Positions 30,498 to 39,402 of a stretch of 64,000 nt of DNA are shown in pieces. The stretch comes from an uncultured Pseudomonadales bacterium (GTDB taxonomy: Bacteria; Patescibacteriota; Microgenomatia; UBA1400; PJMF01). How positions within the stretch are numbered: position 1 is the first letter of the stretch; each line of letters begins with the position of its first letter. The stretch is from positions 23,839-87,838 of the forward strand of contig CAYOIJ010000002.1 in the NCBI GenBank assembly GCA_964404025.1, read 5' to 3'. Under the pieces are notes generated by a model that saw nothing but the letters and a program-made list of their open reading frames with translations, did not search any database and had not been told where the DNA came from. The translations under genes were made by a program, and so were the position numbers.

Positions 30498-32016
30498 ACG
30501 CTATTTTCGCCGCCACCCACTTCGCACTCAAAGAGCCCTAGAAATACTACCCGGATTATTTTCTTGGTTCTGGATTCTGTTTCCCATTTGGGGTTCTTTT
30601 ATAATTCCCAAATTTGTGGCCTATTATGTAATAATTTTTGCGGTTTATTGGCTTTATAGGTCGATTAATTTAGCTATTTTTGCCACCATAGCCCAGATAA
30701 AAGTGAAAAAAAATAGTAAAAACGATGTCTTAATTAAACTCAAAAAACAATTTCCTAAACGCTGGCAAGAAATTCATCATTTAATTATTATTCCTACTTT
30801 TCAAGAACCCCTAACTACTCTAGAAAACACCCTAATAGGACTTAGTAAGCAAAGTTTTCCTCCAAAAAATATTCACATCATGCTTTCTTTTGAAGAAAGA
30901 GAAGGTGAGGAGGCAGACGAAAAAGCCAGGATTTTAAAAAATAAGTTTGCTGGGAACTTTGGCCACCTGTGGTCAACCAAACATCCAGATATTCCAGGAG
31001 AAATTAAGGGTAAATCTTCCAATACCGCTTGGGGTGCCAGAGCAGCCAAAAAGCTTTTGGTAGATGAAGTGGGTATAGCTTTAGAAAACATCACTATTAC
31101 TAGTGAAGATGCTGACGCAATTTTACATCCTTTTTATTTTTCTTATCTAACATATAGTTTTTTAACTAGTCAAAAACCACACAATAAAAGTTGGCAAGCT
31201 GGGATTTGTTTTTATAACAATATTTGGCAAGTTCCAGCTCCAATTAGAGTCTTAGCTGCCACTCAGTCTGTTACGCAAATTTATATTTTGGCTAGAAAAG
31301 ATCGCTTGATTAATTTTTCTACTTACTCAGTCTCTCTCAAACACATAGAAGATATTGGCTATTGGGACACCGACGTTATTCCAGAAGATTATCGCTTATT
31401 TTTTAAATCATATTTTGCTAAAGATGGTGATTTTGAGGTAGAACCCATCTTCTTGCCTATTTATGCCGATGCTGCTCAATCCTTGGGTTTTTGGAGTAGC
31501 ATGCGTAACCAATATGAACAAATTAAACGTTGGGCTTGGGGAGTTAGCGATGACGCCTATATTATTCGTCATTTTGTACTTAATGATAGAGTGCCCTTCA
31601 TTGATAAAAGCATTAGAGTTTTAAAGGTGATTGAGGATCATTTTTTATGGCCTGTCAATTGGTTTGCTATTACTGTTTCTGCCATGTTGCCTCCACTGCT
31701 CAATGAGCAGTTTGGTCGAACAATTATTGGGAAAACTCTACCTCAGGTTTCCTCTACACTGCTAACTTTATCTATGGTATCGATGTTGACTATTTTTATT
31801 ATTGATGCCAAAAACAGACCACCTAGACCTAATAAAAAAATCTGGTCTTATATAACCCAACCACTTGAGTTTTTATTAATTCCTGTTGTTGGCTTCTTTT
31901 TCAGTGCACTGCCGGGAATAGATGCTCACACCAGATTAATGTTTGGGAAATACATGGAATATCGTGTTACAGAAAAAGTTTCTAATCCTGCAAAAAAACA
32001 ATTTGCTAAAAAATAG
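30490..32016 (+). CDS. Processive family-2 glycosyltransferase (cellulose/chitin-synthase-like, QxxRW)
   Basis: TM helices at both ends. Cytoplasmic GT2 core with IIPTFQEP, KGKSSNTAWGARAA, SEDAD and the Q(I)KRW motif (YEQIKRWAWG). Start set to ATG 30490, an 8-nt overlap with tatD. Confidence 0.7.
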   Translation: MIKRYFRRHPLRTQRALEILPGLFSWFWILFPIWGSFIIPKFVAYYVIIFAVYWLYRSINLAIFATIAQIKVKKNSKNDVLIKLKKQFPKRWQEIHHLIIIPTFQEPLTTLENTLIGLSKQSFPPKNIHIMLSFEEREGEEADEKARILKNKFAGNFGHLWSTKHPDIPGEIKGKSSNTAWGARAAKKLLVDEVGIALENITITSEDADAILHPFYFSYLTYSFLTSQKPHNKSWQAGICFYNNIWQVPAPIRVLAATQSVTQIYILARKDRLINFSTYSVSLKHIEDIGYWDTDVIPEDYRLFFKSYFAKDGDFEVEPIFLPIYADAAQSLGFWSSMRNQYEQIKRWAWGVSDDAYIIRHFVLNDRVPFIDKSIRVLKVIEDHFLWPVNWFAITVSAMLPPLLNEQFGRTIIGKTLPQVSSTLLTLSMVSMLTIFIIDAKNRPPRPNKKIWSYITQPLEFLLIPVVGFFFSALPGIDAHTRLMFGKYMEYRVTEKVSNPAKKQFAKK

Positions 32017-32056
32017 CACTTGCGCTGTCAACGCTTTTCCAGATAAAATTAGCTTT

Positions 32057-33643
32057 ATGTCAATTAAAAAAACTCTTAAAAAAATCGATGTATTTCTTGA
32101 TCATCAAACAGCTCTACTTCTAAATTTATTCTTGCTAGTGATTCTGAGAATACCAAATTTTTTTGAACCTTATTGGTATGGAGACGAAGCTATCTACTTA
32201 ACAGTTGGTAACGCACTAAATAAAGGTGGCCAACTCTATACCACCATTATTGATCACAAAACCCCTTTAATTTATCAATTAGCCAGAGTACCTAATCAAT
32301 TTTACTTTCGCTTATTAAACTTGGGTTGGATGCTAATAACAACTATTGCTTTTTGGCTTTTCGCAAAAAAACTTTTTAAAAATAGCATAGCTAGCTTCTT
32401 TGCTACTCTAATCATGGTTTTGTTGACCTCTTTACCCTGGCTAGAGGGTCATATTCCTAACGGTGAATTGTTTGTTATGGGCTTTGTGATGGTAGGAGCA
32501 GTGTTGTTTACTAACACCAGAGTTTGGAAAAATTTCTTTAGCAAAAAAAACAGCTGGCCTAGGGAAAGAAAAAAAGAGGGTTTTTTACTATTTACTTCAG
32601 GGACACTGTTTTCTTTAGCTATACTCACTAAAGTACCCGCACTCCTTGATTTAACTGCCTTCTTAGCCATTTTTGCTCTATTGCTTTTATCGGACGTGTT
32701 CTCAATTAATAAAAGCTTTAAAGATTGGAGTAAAACCCTCAAACAATTGCTTTGGAGAATTTTAATCTTTTCTCTAGGAATTATATTACCTATCTTAATC
32801 TCTATTCTTTACTATCGGTCACTGGGTTCTGGCCAAGATTACTTAGACTATGGCTTACTATATAATTTACGTTATAGCCAGTCTTGGCAACTAAACTTTG
32901 ATTCTAGCTTCCTAAATTTTTCTTTTTCCTTGCTAGGTAAAACTCTATACTTTTTTGCTTTTGTGGTACTCATTGCCCTAAACACTAAAGAAATAAACAA
33001 GCGGTTTCAATTTATTAGCATTTGGTTTGTGGCTTCGCTTTACTCAACCCTACTATCTAGCCGTCCTTATCCTCATTATTTTATTCAGATGATACCACCC
33101 TTTGCTTTACTGTTAGTAGAAATTATTCTCGGGTTGAAAGTTAAATCAAAAACTAGAATTAATAATTTTAAAAGTGTTGCTAGTGGTGTAGGTCTAATTG
33201 CTCTAACAATTTACATTATGCTTTTATTTAATTTCAAACCCTACTCAACTAGCAAGTATTATTCTCAGTTTTGGAAAGTAGCTAGTGGTCAAATTAGCAA
33301 AGAAGAATATGATTATAGTTTTAATAATCTTGTCAGAGATAATCAAAAAGTGGCAAAATTAATTGAAGAGCTGGGATTAGAAAAGATTTTTATTTGGGGA
33401 ACCAATCCTATGCTTTATGCTCAAACTAAAACTGTCCCCACATCTCGTTTTACAGTGGCTTTTCACATCAAGGATTTTGAAGATTATGCTCGAACTCTTG
33501 CTCAAATTAAACAAGAAGAGCCTCGCTTAATAGTAGTTATGAGAAATGATCAAGATACTTTTCCAGATCTTAATACTTATCTTAAAGACAGTTATCTGAT
33601 TAATTCTGAATTTCAAAACATGAATCTTTATCTTAAAAAATAA
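32057..33643 (+). CDS. GT-C fold glycosyltransferase (ArnT/PMT-like polytopic membrane protein)
   Basis: 10-12 TM helices. Acidic motif in the first extracytoplasmic loop (YWYGDEAIY). Large C-terminal soluble domain. Start set at ATG 32057 (MSIKKTLKK). Confidence 0.5.
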   Translation: MSIKKTLKKIDVFLDHQTALLLNLFLLVILRIPNFFEPYWYGDEAIYLTVGNALNKGGQLYTTIIDHKTPLIYQLARVPNQFYFRLLNLGWMLITTIAFWLFAKKLFKNSIASFFATLIMVLLTSLPWLEGHIPNGELFVMGFVMVGAVLFTNTRVWKNFFSKKNSWPRERKKEGFLLFTSGTLFSLAILTKVPALLDLTAFLAIFALLLLSDVFSINKSFKDWSKTLKQLLWRILIFSLGIILPILISILYYRSLGSGQDYLDYGLLYNLRYSQSWQLNFDSSFLNFSFSLLGKTLYFFAFVVLIALNTKEINKRFQFISIWFVASLYSTLLSSRPYPHYFIQMIPPFALLLVEIILGLKVKSKTRINNFKSVASGVGLIALTIYIMLLFNFKPYSTSKYYSQFWKVASGQISKEEYDYSFNNLVRDNQKVAKLIEELGLEKIFIWGTNPMLYAQTKTVPTSRFTVAFHIKDFEDYARTLAQIKQEEPRLIVVMRNDQDTFPDLNTYLKDSYLINSEFQNMNLYLKK

Positions 33644-33672
33644 GATTATAAAAAAGGGTTTACAATATAAGT

Positions 33673-34056
33673 ATGGACATCAGTTTTAAAGAGTCTTCTC
33701 GTCGGAAAAAAGAGTTTAAATACTTAACTTTTTTACCTAAAAATTTTCGCCAAATAGCCCTCTATGGTGTTATTTTTAATTTATTAAGTATATTTTTATC
33801 ATTAGTTTTTTATCCCTCACTGCAAACAAGCATCCCCTTATTTTATTCTCTACCAGAAATCCAACAGCTAACTAGTAAAGAAGCTATGTTTATTCTGCCA
33901 GTATTTGCCTCCTTAATTAATGGTGTTCATTTCCTGATTATTAAAAACTTTAAAAACGCCCACCCAACCATTCTGCAAGTATTTTTGTTAAGCACTGTAG
34001 CCTTACAAATTCTAGTTTTTGCTATTTTGCTAAGGTTAATCATTATTTTAAATTAA
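33673..34056 (+). CDS. Small polytopic membrane protein (GtrA-like flippase candidate)
   Basis: 127 aa, 3-4 TM helices. Position within the glycosylation cluster is the main argument; no sequence-level family match. Confidence 0.3.
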   Translation: MDISFKESSRRKKEFKYLTFLPKNFRQIALYGVIFNLLSIFLSLVFYPSLQTSIPLFYSLPEIQQLTSKEAMFILPVFASLINGVHFLIIKNFKNAHPTILQVFLLSTVALQILVFAILLRLIIILN

Positions 34057-34059
34057 TTT

Positions 34060-35118
34060 ATGTGGCCACTAATTTTTAGTTTTATTATTAGTCTCAGCAC
34101 GGCACCCTTGGTAATTGCTTTTTATCGGAAACACAATTGGCTTGATGATCCAAAAAAAAACTATCACGCTAAGGTAACTCACACTAGCAGTGTTCCTAGG
34201 GGAGGTGGTTTGGTGGTTTTTTTGGCAATTTTTTTAAGCGCGATCTTGTTTCTTAATTTTGATCGTTATTTGATAGCTATTTTTTTTGGAGCTTTTATTT
34301 TAACTCTAGTTGGTATTCTAGATGATATCTATAATATTAGCCCTTACTGGAGGTTGTTAACTGGCTTATTAGCTACGCTGATTATTGTTGGTGCTGGCAT
34401 TGGCATAGCCTATGTAAGTAATCCCTTTGGCTCTGGCGTTATTCATCTTGATCAACCTCAATGGCATTTCTTTTTATTGGGGGAGCACAGGAGTGTTTGG
34501 CTACTATCAAGTGCCTTCGCTATTTTTTTTATCATGTGGAATATGAATATTATTAATTGGTCAAAAGGTGTTGATGGCCAATTACCAGGTTTTGTGATGG
34601 TTGCCTGTTTGTTTATAGCGGTATTGGCTAGCAGCTTTCAAGATGCTCCCAGTCAATTTAATGTCACTCAACTAGCTTTAATTGTTTCAGGAGCTTTCGC
34701 TGGTTTACTATACTGGAATTTTTACCCGCAAAGAATTATGCCTGGCTATGGTGGTGGTTCTTTAGCTGGATATTTTTTAAGTGTACTAGCTATTCTTTCC
34801 GGAGCTAAAGTGGCAACCACCCTAATGGTTTTAGCTATTCCTAGCGCTGATGGAGTTTTTACTGTTACTAGAAGGATTTTGGCTGGAAAATCACCCTTTT
34901 GGGGAGATCGAGGCCACCTACATCATAAATTAATGGATAATTTTGGTTGGGGTAAGCGTCGAATTAGCCTCTTTTATATTGCTAGCAGCTTTCTCTTAGG
35001 ATTTTTATCACTCTTTCTCAACACCACAGGTAAAATTATTACTATTGCTATAGTTAGTTGCTTTGTCTTTGCTTTTTTGATTTATAATAAACTTAAAAGC
35101 AATGTCAATCGCAGATAA
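34060..35118 (+). CDS. Polyprenyl-phosphate sugar-1-phosphate transferase (MraY/WecA family, Glycos_transf_4)
   Basis: VPRGGG, ILDD and NxxNxxKGVDG motifs of the PNPT superfamily. About 10 TM helices. Confidence 0.75.
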   Translation: MWPLIFSFIISLSTAPLVIAFYRKHNWLDDPKKNYHAKVTHTSSVPRGGGLVVFLAIFLSAILFLNFDRYLIAIFFGAFILTLVGILDDIYNISPYWRLLTGLLATLIIVGAGIGIAYVSNPFGSGVIHLDQPQWHFFLLGEHRSVWLLSSAFAIFFIMWNMNIINWSKGVDGQLPGFVMVACLFIAVLASSFQDAPSQFNVTQLALIVSGAFAGLLYWNFYPQRIMPGYGGGSLAGYFLSVLAILSGAKVATTLMVLAIPSADGVFTVTRRILAGKSPFWGDRGHLHHKLMDNFGWGKRRISLFYIASSFLLGFLSLFLNTTGKIITIAIVSCFVFAFLIYNKLKSNVNRR

Positions 35119-36064
35119 AACCCTATTTCTATTAATCAAAAGTGCTAGACCAAAACAGTGGCTTAAAAACTTGGCTCTCTATGCTGCTCTAGTTTTTTCA
35201 GGATTTTTCTTCTTTAAACCCGCTAGCGGTCCCTCTTATTTCTGGCTAGTTACTTACGCTTTTGCTATTTTTTGTTTGCTTACTAGCAGTACTTATATCC
35301 TCAACGACTTAATTGATATCGAAGCTGACCGCAAACACCCTTTTAAAAAAAACCGTCCTCTGGCTTCAGGTAAACTAGCGATTCCAATTGCTGTTTTTGC
35401 AATTGCGTTCTGTTGGGCCTTGGTGTTTTGGCTGAGTTTATCACTACCACTTGTTTTTAAAATTTTACTCTTTGCCTATTTACTCTTGCAACTTACTTAC
35501 TCTACCTATCTAAAACAAATTGCCATTTTTGATATTATTTCCATAGCCGCTGGATTCTTAATTAGGGTTTATGCTGGAGCAGTAGTAGTTAATTTACACA
35601 TGAGCGTGTGGTTTCTACTAACTGTAATTTCTATGTCTTTATTTATGGCAGTTGGTAAAAGGCAAAGTGAACGAACCCTGATGACTGAGAGCAAACTATC
35701 TTTTGCCAGAAAAAGTCTAGACACCTACAGTATTCGTTTATTAGACCAATATACTAGTATTTTTGCTACCTCTACCTGGTTAACCTATGCTTTATTCGCC
35801 TTTCAAAATTCTCCTGGTGATGGCTTGCACTTACTTTATGAACATTTTCCCAATTTAGTGCTTAATTTGCCACGCACTCTTCAATCACAAAAACTCTTGA
35901 TGTTAACCCTACCCTTTGTAATTTTTGGCATTATGCGTTACTTACAGCTTGTTTACGAAGAAAATCGGGGTGAAGCGCCAGTTGATGTCTTAATAAAAGA
36001 TAAAGCTCTACTACTGACCGTTTTTATTTGGTTTCTTAGCGTAATGTTTGTAATCTATGCCTAG
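35102..36064 (+). CDS. UbiA-family prenyl-phosphate phosphoribosyltransferase (decaprenyl-phosphoribose synthase-like)
   Basis: N-terminal ARPKQWLKN (like the RPRQWVKN of DPPR synthases). NDLIDIEADRKHPFKKNRP (NDxxDxxxD + HPxKxxRP). 8-9 TM helices. Confidence 0.65.
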   Translation: MSIADKTLFLLIKSARPKQWLKNLALYAALVFSGFFFFKPASGPSYFWLVTYAFAIFCLLTSSTYILNDLIDIEADRKHPFKKNRPLASGKLAIPIAVFAIAFCWALVFWLSLSLPLVFKILLFAYLLLQLTYSTYLKQIAIFDIISIAAGFLIRVYAGAVVVNLHMSVWFLLTVISMSLFMAVGKRQSERTLMTESKLSFARKSLDTYSIRLLDQYTSIFATSTWLTYALFAFQNSPGDGLHLLYEHFPNLVLNLPRTLQSQKLLMLTLPFVIFGIMRYLQLVYEENRGEAPVDVLIKDKALLLTVFIWFLSVMFVIYA

Positions 36065-36645
36065 TTAAACTCAAGCTGTTGGTGAATAAAATCAACCACT
36101 AGATTAAGTGGTAGACCATGAGTAAAAGCAGTTAAATTTCCTTTGGATGAAGTTAATAAAGCCATTCCAGCATCATAAGCTGGGCTGAATGCAGCTGACC
36201 AAGTTAGCACTGGCTGATGAGCAATGTAGTTTTCGATTTCGCTTGTTGCTAATTTACGAAAATGAAGCTTACTAATCACAACGTCGTTCTTAATATTTTT
36301 TTCTTGATCATTTTGGTAAATAAAAGCATAACCAGTAATAGCCTCTATCTCTTTATCACTCTGTAATTCTAACATCTCTCTTGCTACTGCCTTGCTTTTT
36401 GGTTTCTCTAAAATTTGTCCTTTGCATAGGCAAAAAGTATCGGCAGCAATAATAATAGCCTCTCCCTTAATTTGCTTTGCTACTGCCTCAGCTTTGGCTA
36501 AAGCGATGCGCTTGGCTTTATCTTTAGGGTTCTTATAGGGCACCTTAGCCTCATCAATTGCGGCCGGAAAGGATTTAAAATTATAAGGCAAGGTAGCTAA
36601 AAGCTTTACCCTTTGTGGTGATTGAGATGCTAAAATAAATTGCAT
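36061..36645 (-). CDS. maf: Maf-like nucleoside triphosphate pyrophosphatase
   Basis: LASQSPQR N-terminal signature and overall Maf/Ham1 fold pattern. 194 aa. Confidence 0.8.
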   Translation of the reverse strand: MQFILASQSPQRVKLLATLPYNFKSFPAAIDEAKVPYKNPKDKAKRIALAKAEAVAKQIKGEAIIIAADTFCLCKGQILEKPKSKAVAREMLELQSDKEIEAITGYAFIYQNDQEKNIKNDVVISKLHFRKLATSEIENYIAHQPVLTWSAAFSPAYDAGMALLTSSKGNLTAFTHGLPLNLVVDFIHQQLEFN

Positions 36646-36686
36646 AAGCTTAACAATTATACAAAAGTATGTTACAAAGATAAAAT

Positions 36687-37559
36687 ATGAAAATAAGCAA
36701 AGCAGTAATCACTTGTGCTGGATTTGGCACTAGATTTCTACCGATCAGTAAAACTATCCAAAAAGAAATGTTACCAATTCTAGATCGACCATTAATTGAC
36801 TATGTGGTAGATGATTGTATTAAGGCAGGCATCACAGATATTATTTTTGTGATTAGTGAACACAACTATCAAGTTCTTCATTACTACCGAGAAAACCAGA
36901 GGCTATATCAATATTTAAAAAAAAATAATAAACTCGAACTTTATGATTCAATTAAACAACTACATCAAAAAGCTAATTTCCACTTTGTAAGACAGCCTGA
37001 TGACAATGACTACGGCACAGCTGTACCAGTTCAATTGGCTAAAGAATATTTAAAAGATGAAGAAGCTTTTTTGGTTTTAATGGGTGATGATTTTATCTAC
37101 AACCACAATGGTCTTAGTGAGGTAGCAGCCATGATAAAAACCTTTAAAGAGTCTGGAGCAAAAGGTTTGGTAACCTGTATTGAAAAACCAGAGGACATGC
37201 TACATCGTTATGGAATTGCTAAACTAGCTAGTGAAAATAACTTTCGCTATTTACAAGCCCTAATTGAAAAACCAACACCAGGCACTGCTCCTTCTAGGCT
37301 GGCTAATATTAGTAAATATATCTTGCCACAAACAGTCTTTGATTTAATTGCTGTTCAACAACCTAATCCCCAATCTGGAGAGCTCTATATCACAGATACT
37401 GTAAGCCAACTGGCTCTTACTGAAAAAGTGGTTGTTCATCAACCAAATGGTGAATATCTTGATGGAGGTTATCCCTTGGGTTGGTTATTGGCCAACCTTA
37501 CTGTTGCTAAAACTAATCCAGAATTTTGGAGTGCTATTAAAGAATTTGTAAACAGTTAA
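36687..37559 (+). CDS. galU: UTP--glucose-1-phosphate uridylyltransferase
   Basis: KAVITCAGFGTRFLPISKTIQKEMLPI matches the GalU N-terminal signature. 290 aa. Confidence 0.85.
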   Translation: MKISKAVITCAGFGTRFLPISKTIQKEMLPILDRPLIDYVVDDCIKAGITDIIFVISEHNYQVLHYYRENQRLYQYLKKNNKLELYDSIKQLHQKANFHFVRQPDDNDYGTAVPVQLAKEYLKDEEAFLVLMGDDFIYNHNGLSEVAAMIKTFKESGAKGLVTCIEKPEDMLHRYGIAKLASENNFRYLQALIEKPTPGTAPSRLANISKYILPQTVFDLIAVQQPNPQSGELYITDTVSQLALTEKVVVHQPNGEYLDGGYPLGWLLANLTVAKTNPEFWSAIKEFVNS

Positions 37560-37617
37560 TATTAAGTAATTTAATATTTTAAATTCTAAAGATAATCTTT
37601 TCGATTCTTACTTCCCT

Positions 37618-38685
37618 TTATTTACTTTCCAACCAACGTTCAATATCCATGGCAGCCATTGCTCCTGAACCAGCTGCCACTACCGCCTGACGATAACGAA
37701 AATCAGTTACATCACCAGCAGCAAAAACTCCTTCCACTGAAGTCATTGTTGGAAAAGCTAGCTGTTTTCTTTCATCTAAACACTCGCTCTCAAACCCCAT
37801 GCTTCCCTCACAACCATATTGACAAGTTAACACATAGGATTGTTTGTCCATTTTCAATTGGTCCGTGAATAAAGCGCTGTTTGGCTGATGACCAATCGCT
37901 ACAAAAACACCATCGGCAGCAAGAGTTTTCTCTTGCTTTTCTTCTAGAATTTTTAGAGCAGTTACTTTTTGTTTATCACCAATTATTTCTTTAACCCGGG
38001 TGTTCCACAAAATTTTTATCTGAGAATTATTTAAAACATGTTTTTGAAGAATTTTACTAGCTCGAAATTGATCCCGACGATGAATAATAGTAACCTCACT
38101 AGCAAACTTAGTTAAAGATAAAGCATCTCCTAAGGCCGTATCACCACCGCCAATCACAAAAACTTTTTTATCGCGATAAAAAGCTCCATCACAAATAGCG
38201 CAAAAGCCAACCCCTTTACCCAAGTATTCTCTTTCTCCAGCAACACCCAACATCATGTGACTAGCTCCAGTTGCTATTAATATTACCTGAGCGCTGTAGG
38301 TCGCCTCACTTTCTTCTTTAATAATTTGGCTAGCTTCGTATAAATCTTGACCCCTTAATTTTTGGAAATCTTCTGACTGCATGTTTTTTGCCAAAGAGGT
38401 CCATAGTTGAAAAGGTCTTTTACTTAAATCAACTGCTGTAATTTGTTGGTGGAGAAGCTCTGTTTCAAATTTTGCAGCCTGTTTTTGCAAACTAATCATA
38501 AACTCAGGGCCTCTCATCCCATCGGGAAATCCTGGAAAGTTCTCAACATCTCTGGTAAACATTAATTGCCCACCTGAGTTAAAGCCACTAAATAATACTG
38601 GTTTTAACAACGCTCTTCCCAAGTAAATACCAGCTGTTAAACCAGCTGGACCCGAACCAATAACAGCAATCTTTAATTTTTTCAT
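37618..38685 (-). CDS. trxB: Thioredoxin-disulfide reductase (long form with insertions)
   Basis: FAD motif VIGSGPAG. Redox-active CAICDG (CxxC). NADPH motif GGGDTA. GD motif near the C-terminus. 355 aa, longer than typical, with a Cys-containing insertion (CQYGCEGSMGFESEC). Confidence 0.85.
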   Translation of the reverse strand: MKKLKIAVIGSGPAGLTAGIYLGRALLKPVLFSGFNSGGQLMFTRDVENFPGFPDGMRGPEFMISLQKQAAKFETELLHQQITAVDLSKRPFQLWTSLAKNMQSEDFQKLRGQDLYEASQIIKEESEATYSAQVILIATGASHMMLGVAGEREYLGKGVGFCAICDGAFYRDKKVFVIGGGDTALGDALSLTKFASEVTIIHRRDQFRASKILQKHVLNNSQIKILWNTRVKEIIGDKQKVTALKILEEKQEKTLAADGVFVAIGHQPNSALFTDQLKMDKQSYVLTCQYGCEGSMGFESECLDERKQLAFPTMTSVEGVFAAGDVTDFRYRQAVVAAGSGAMAAMDIERWLESK

Positions 38686-38725
38686 AAATAATTAACCTAT
38701 CAACAATCAATTTAATATCTAATTA

Positions 38726-39064
38726 TTAAGCCAAAGCTTCTTCAATCATTTTTTTGTAAGCTTCTTCACCGGGAAAACCAATTTTGCGATCAAATTCTAC
38801 CATTTGACCACTATCATCTTTTTTGAAAATAATCACTGTTGGTACACTCATTACATTAAACTGCATTGCTATATCACGAGCTTCATCAATATCTAGCTTT
38901 GCAACTACAACTTTATCCTTGAAATCTTCTGCTAATTTATCAATGACTGGGGCAGCCATTTGACACGGTCCGCACCACTCAGCGAAAAAATCTACAAAAA
39001 CTGGAGTTGCTGCTTGATCAAGAGTGCTTTGAAAACTTGTATTATCTAAATGTTGTGCTGGCAT
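38726..39064 (-). CDS. trxA: Thioredoxin
   Basis: WCGPCQ active site in a 112-aa protein. Confidence 0.9.
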   Translation of the reverse strand: MPAQHLDNTSFQSTLDQAATPVFVDFFAEWCGPCQMAAPVIDKLAEDFKDKVVVAKLDIDEARDIAMQFNVMSVPTVIIFKKDDSGQMVEFDRKIGFPGEEAYKKMIEEALA

Positions 39065-39083
39065 AACAGCCTTTCTTTTTAAC

Positions 39084-39350
39084 TTAATATTTTAATAATT
39101 CCTTCAAAATAGCGTCTAGTTGCTTACTGTCTTTTTCTTTACTGCAATGACTAGCCGCTGAACCCAAGATGTCCCTAGCAACCCTTGATAAAGAATTGCG
39201 AGCAGCAGTAATTTGTTGGGCAATTTCTATACAAGGACGTTCCTCTTGATATATTCGAATTAATCCATCAATTTGCCCACGAATCCGTTTTAATTGAACA
39301 AGGGTTTCGTTACTTCCTGACAGCTTCAATTTGCTTTGCTTTAAAGACAT
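39084..39350 (-). CDS. CsoR/CstR/RcnR-family (DUF156) metal- or thiol-sensing transcriptional repressor
   Basis: 88 aa all-helical. RxxGQ N-terminal motif. Conserved Cys40 and H68-C69 (C-x28-H-C), the ligand positions of the CsoR family. The His sits at -1 rather than -4, so the C...C spacing of 29 also fits CstR-like sensors. Confidence 0.75.
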   Translation of the reverse strand: MSLKQSKLKLSGSNETLVQLKRIRGQIDGLIRIYQEERPCIEIAQQITAARNSLSRVARDILGSAASHCSKEKDSKQLDAILKELLKY

Positions 39351-39359
39351 GCTTTTATT

Positions 39360-39376
39360 ATACCCTATGGGGGTAT
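39360..39376. promoter_or_regulatory. Putative CsoR-family operator: pseudo-palindrome ATACCC-N5-GGGTAT
   Basis: ATACCCTATGGGGGTAT lies 10 nt upstream of the regulator start codon. GC-rich dyad in an AT-rich intergenic region. Confidence 0.5.
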
Positions 39377-39402
39377 GTTAACAAGAGTCAATTTTTAATA
39401 TA

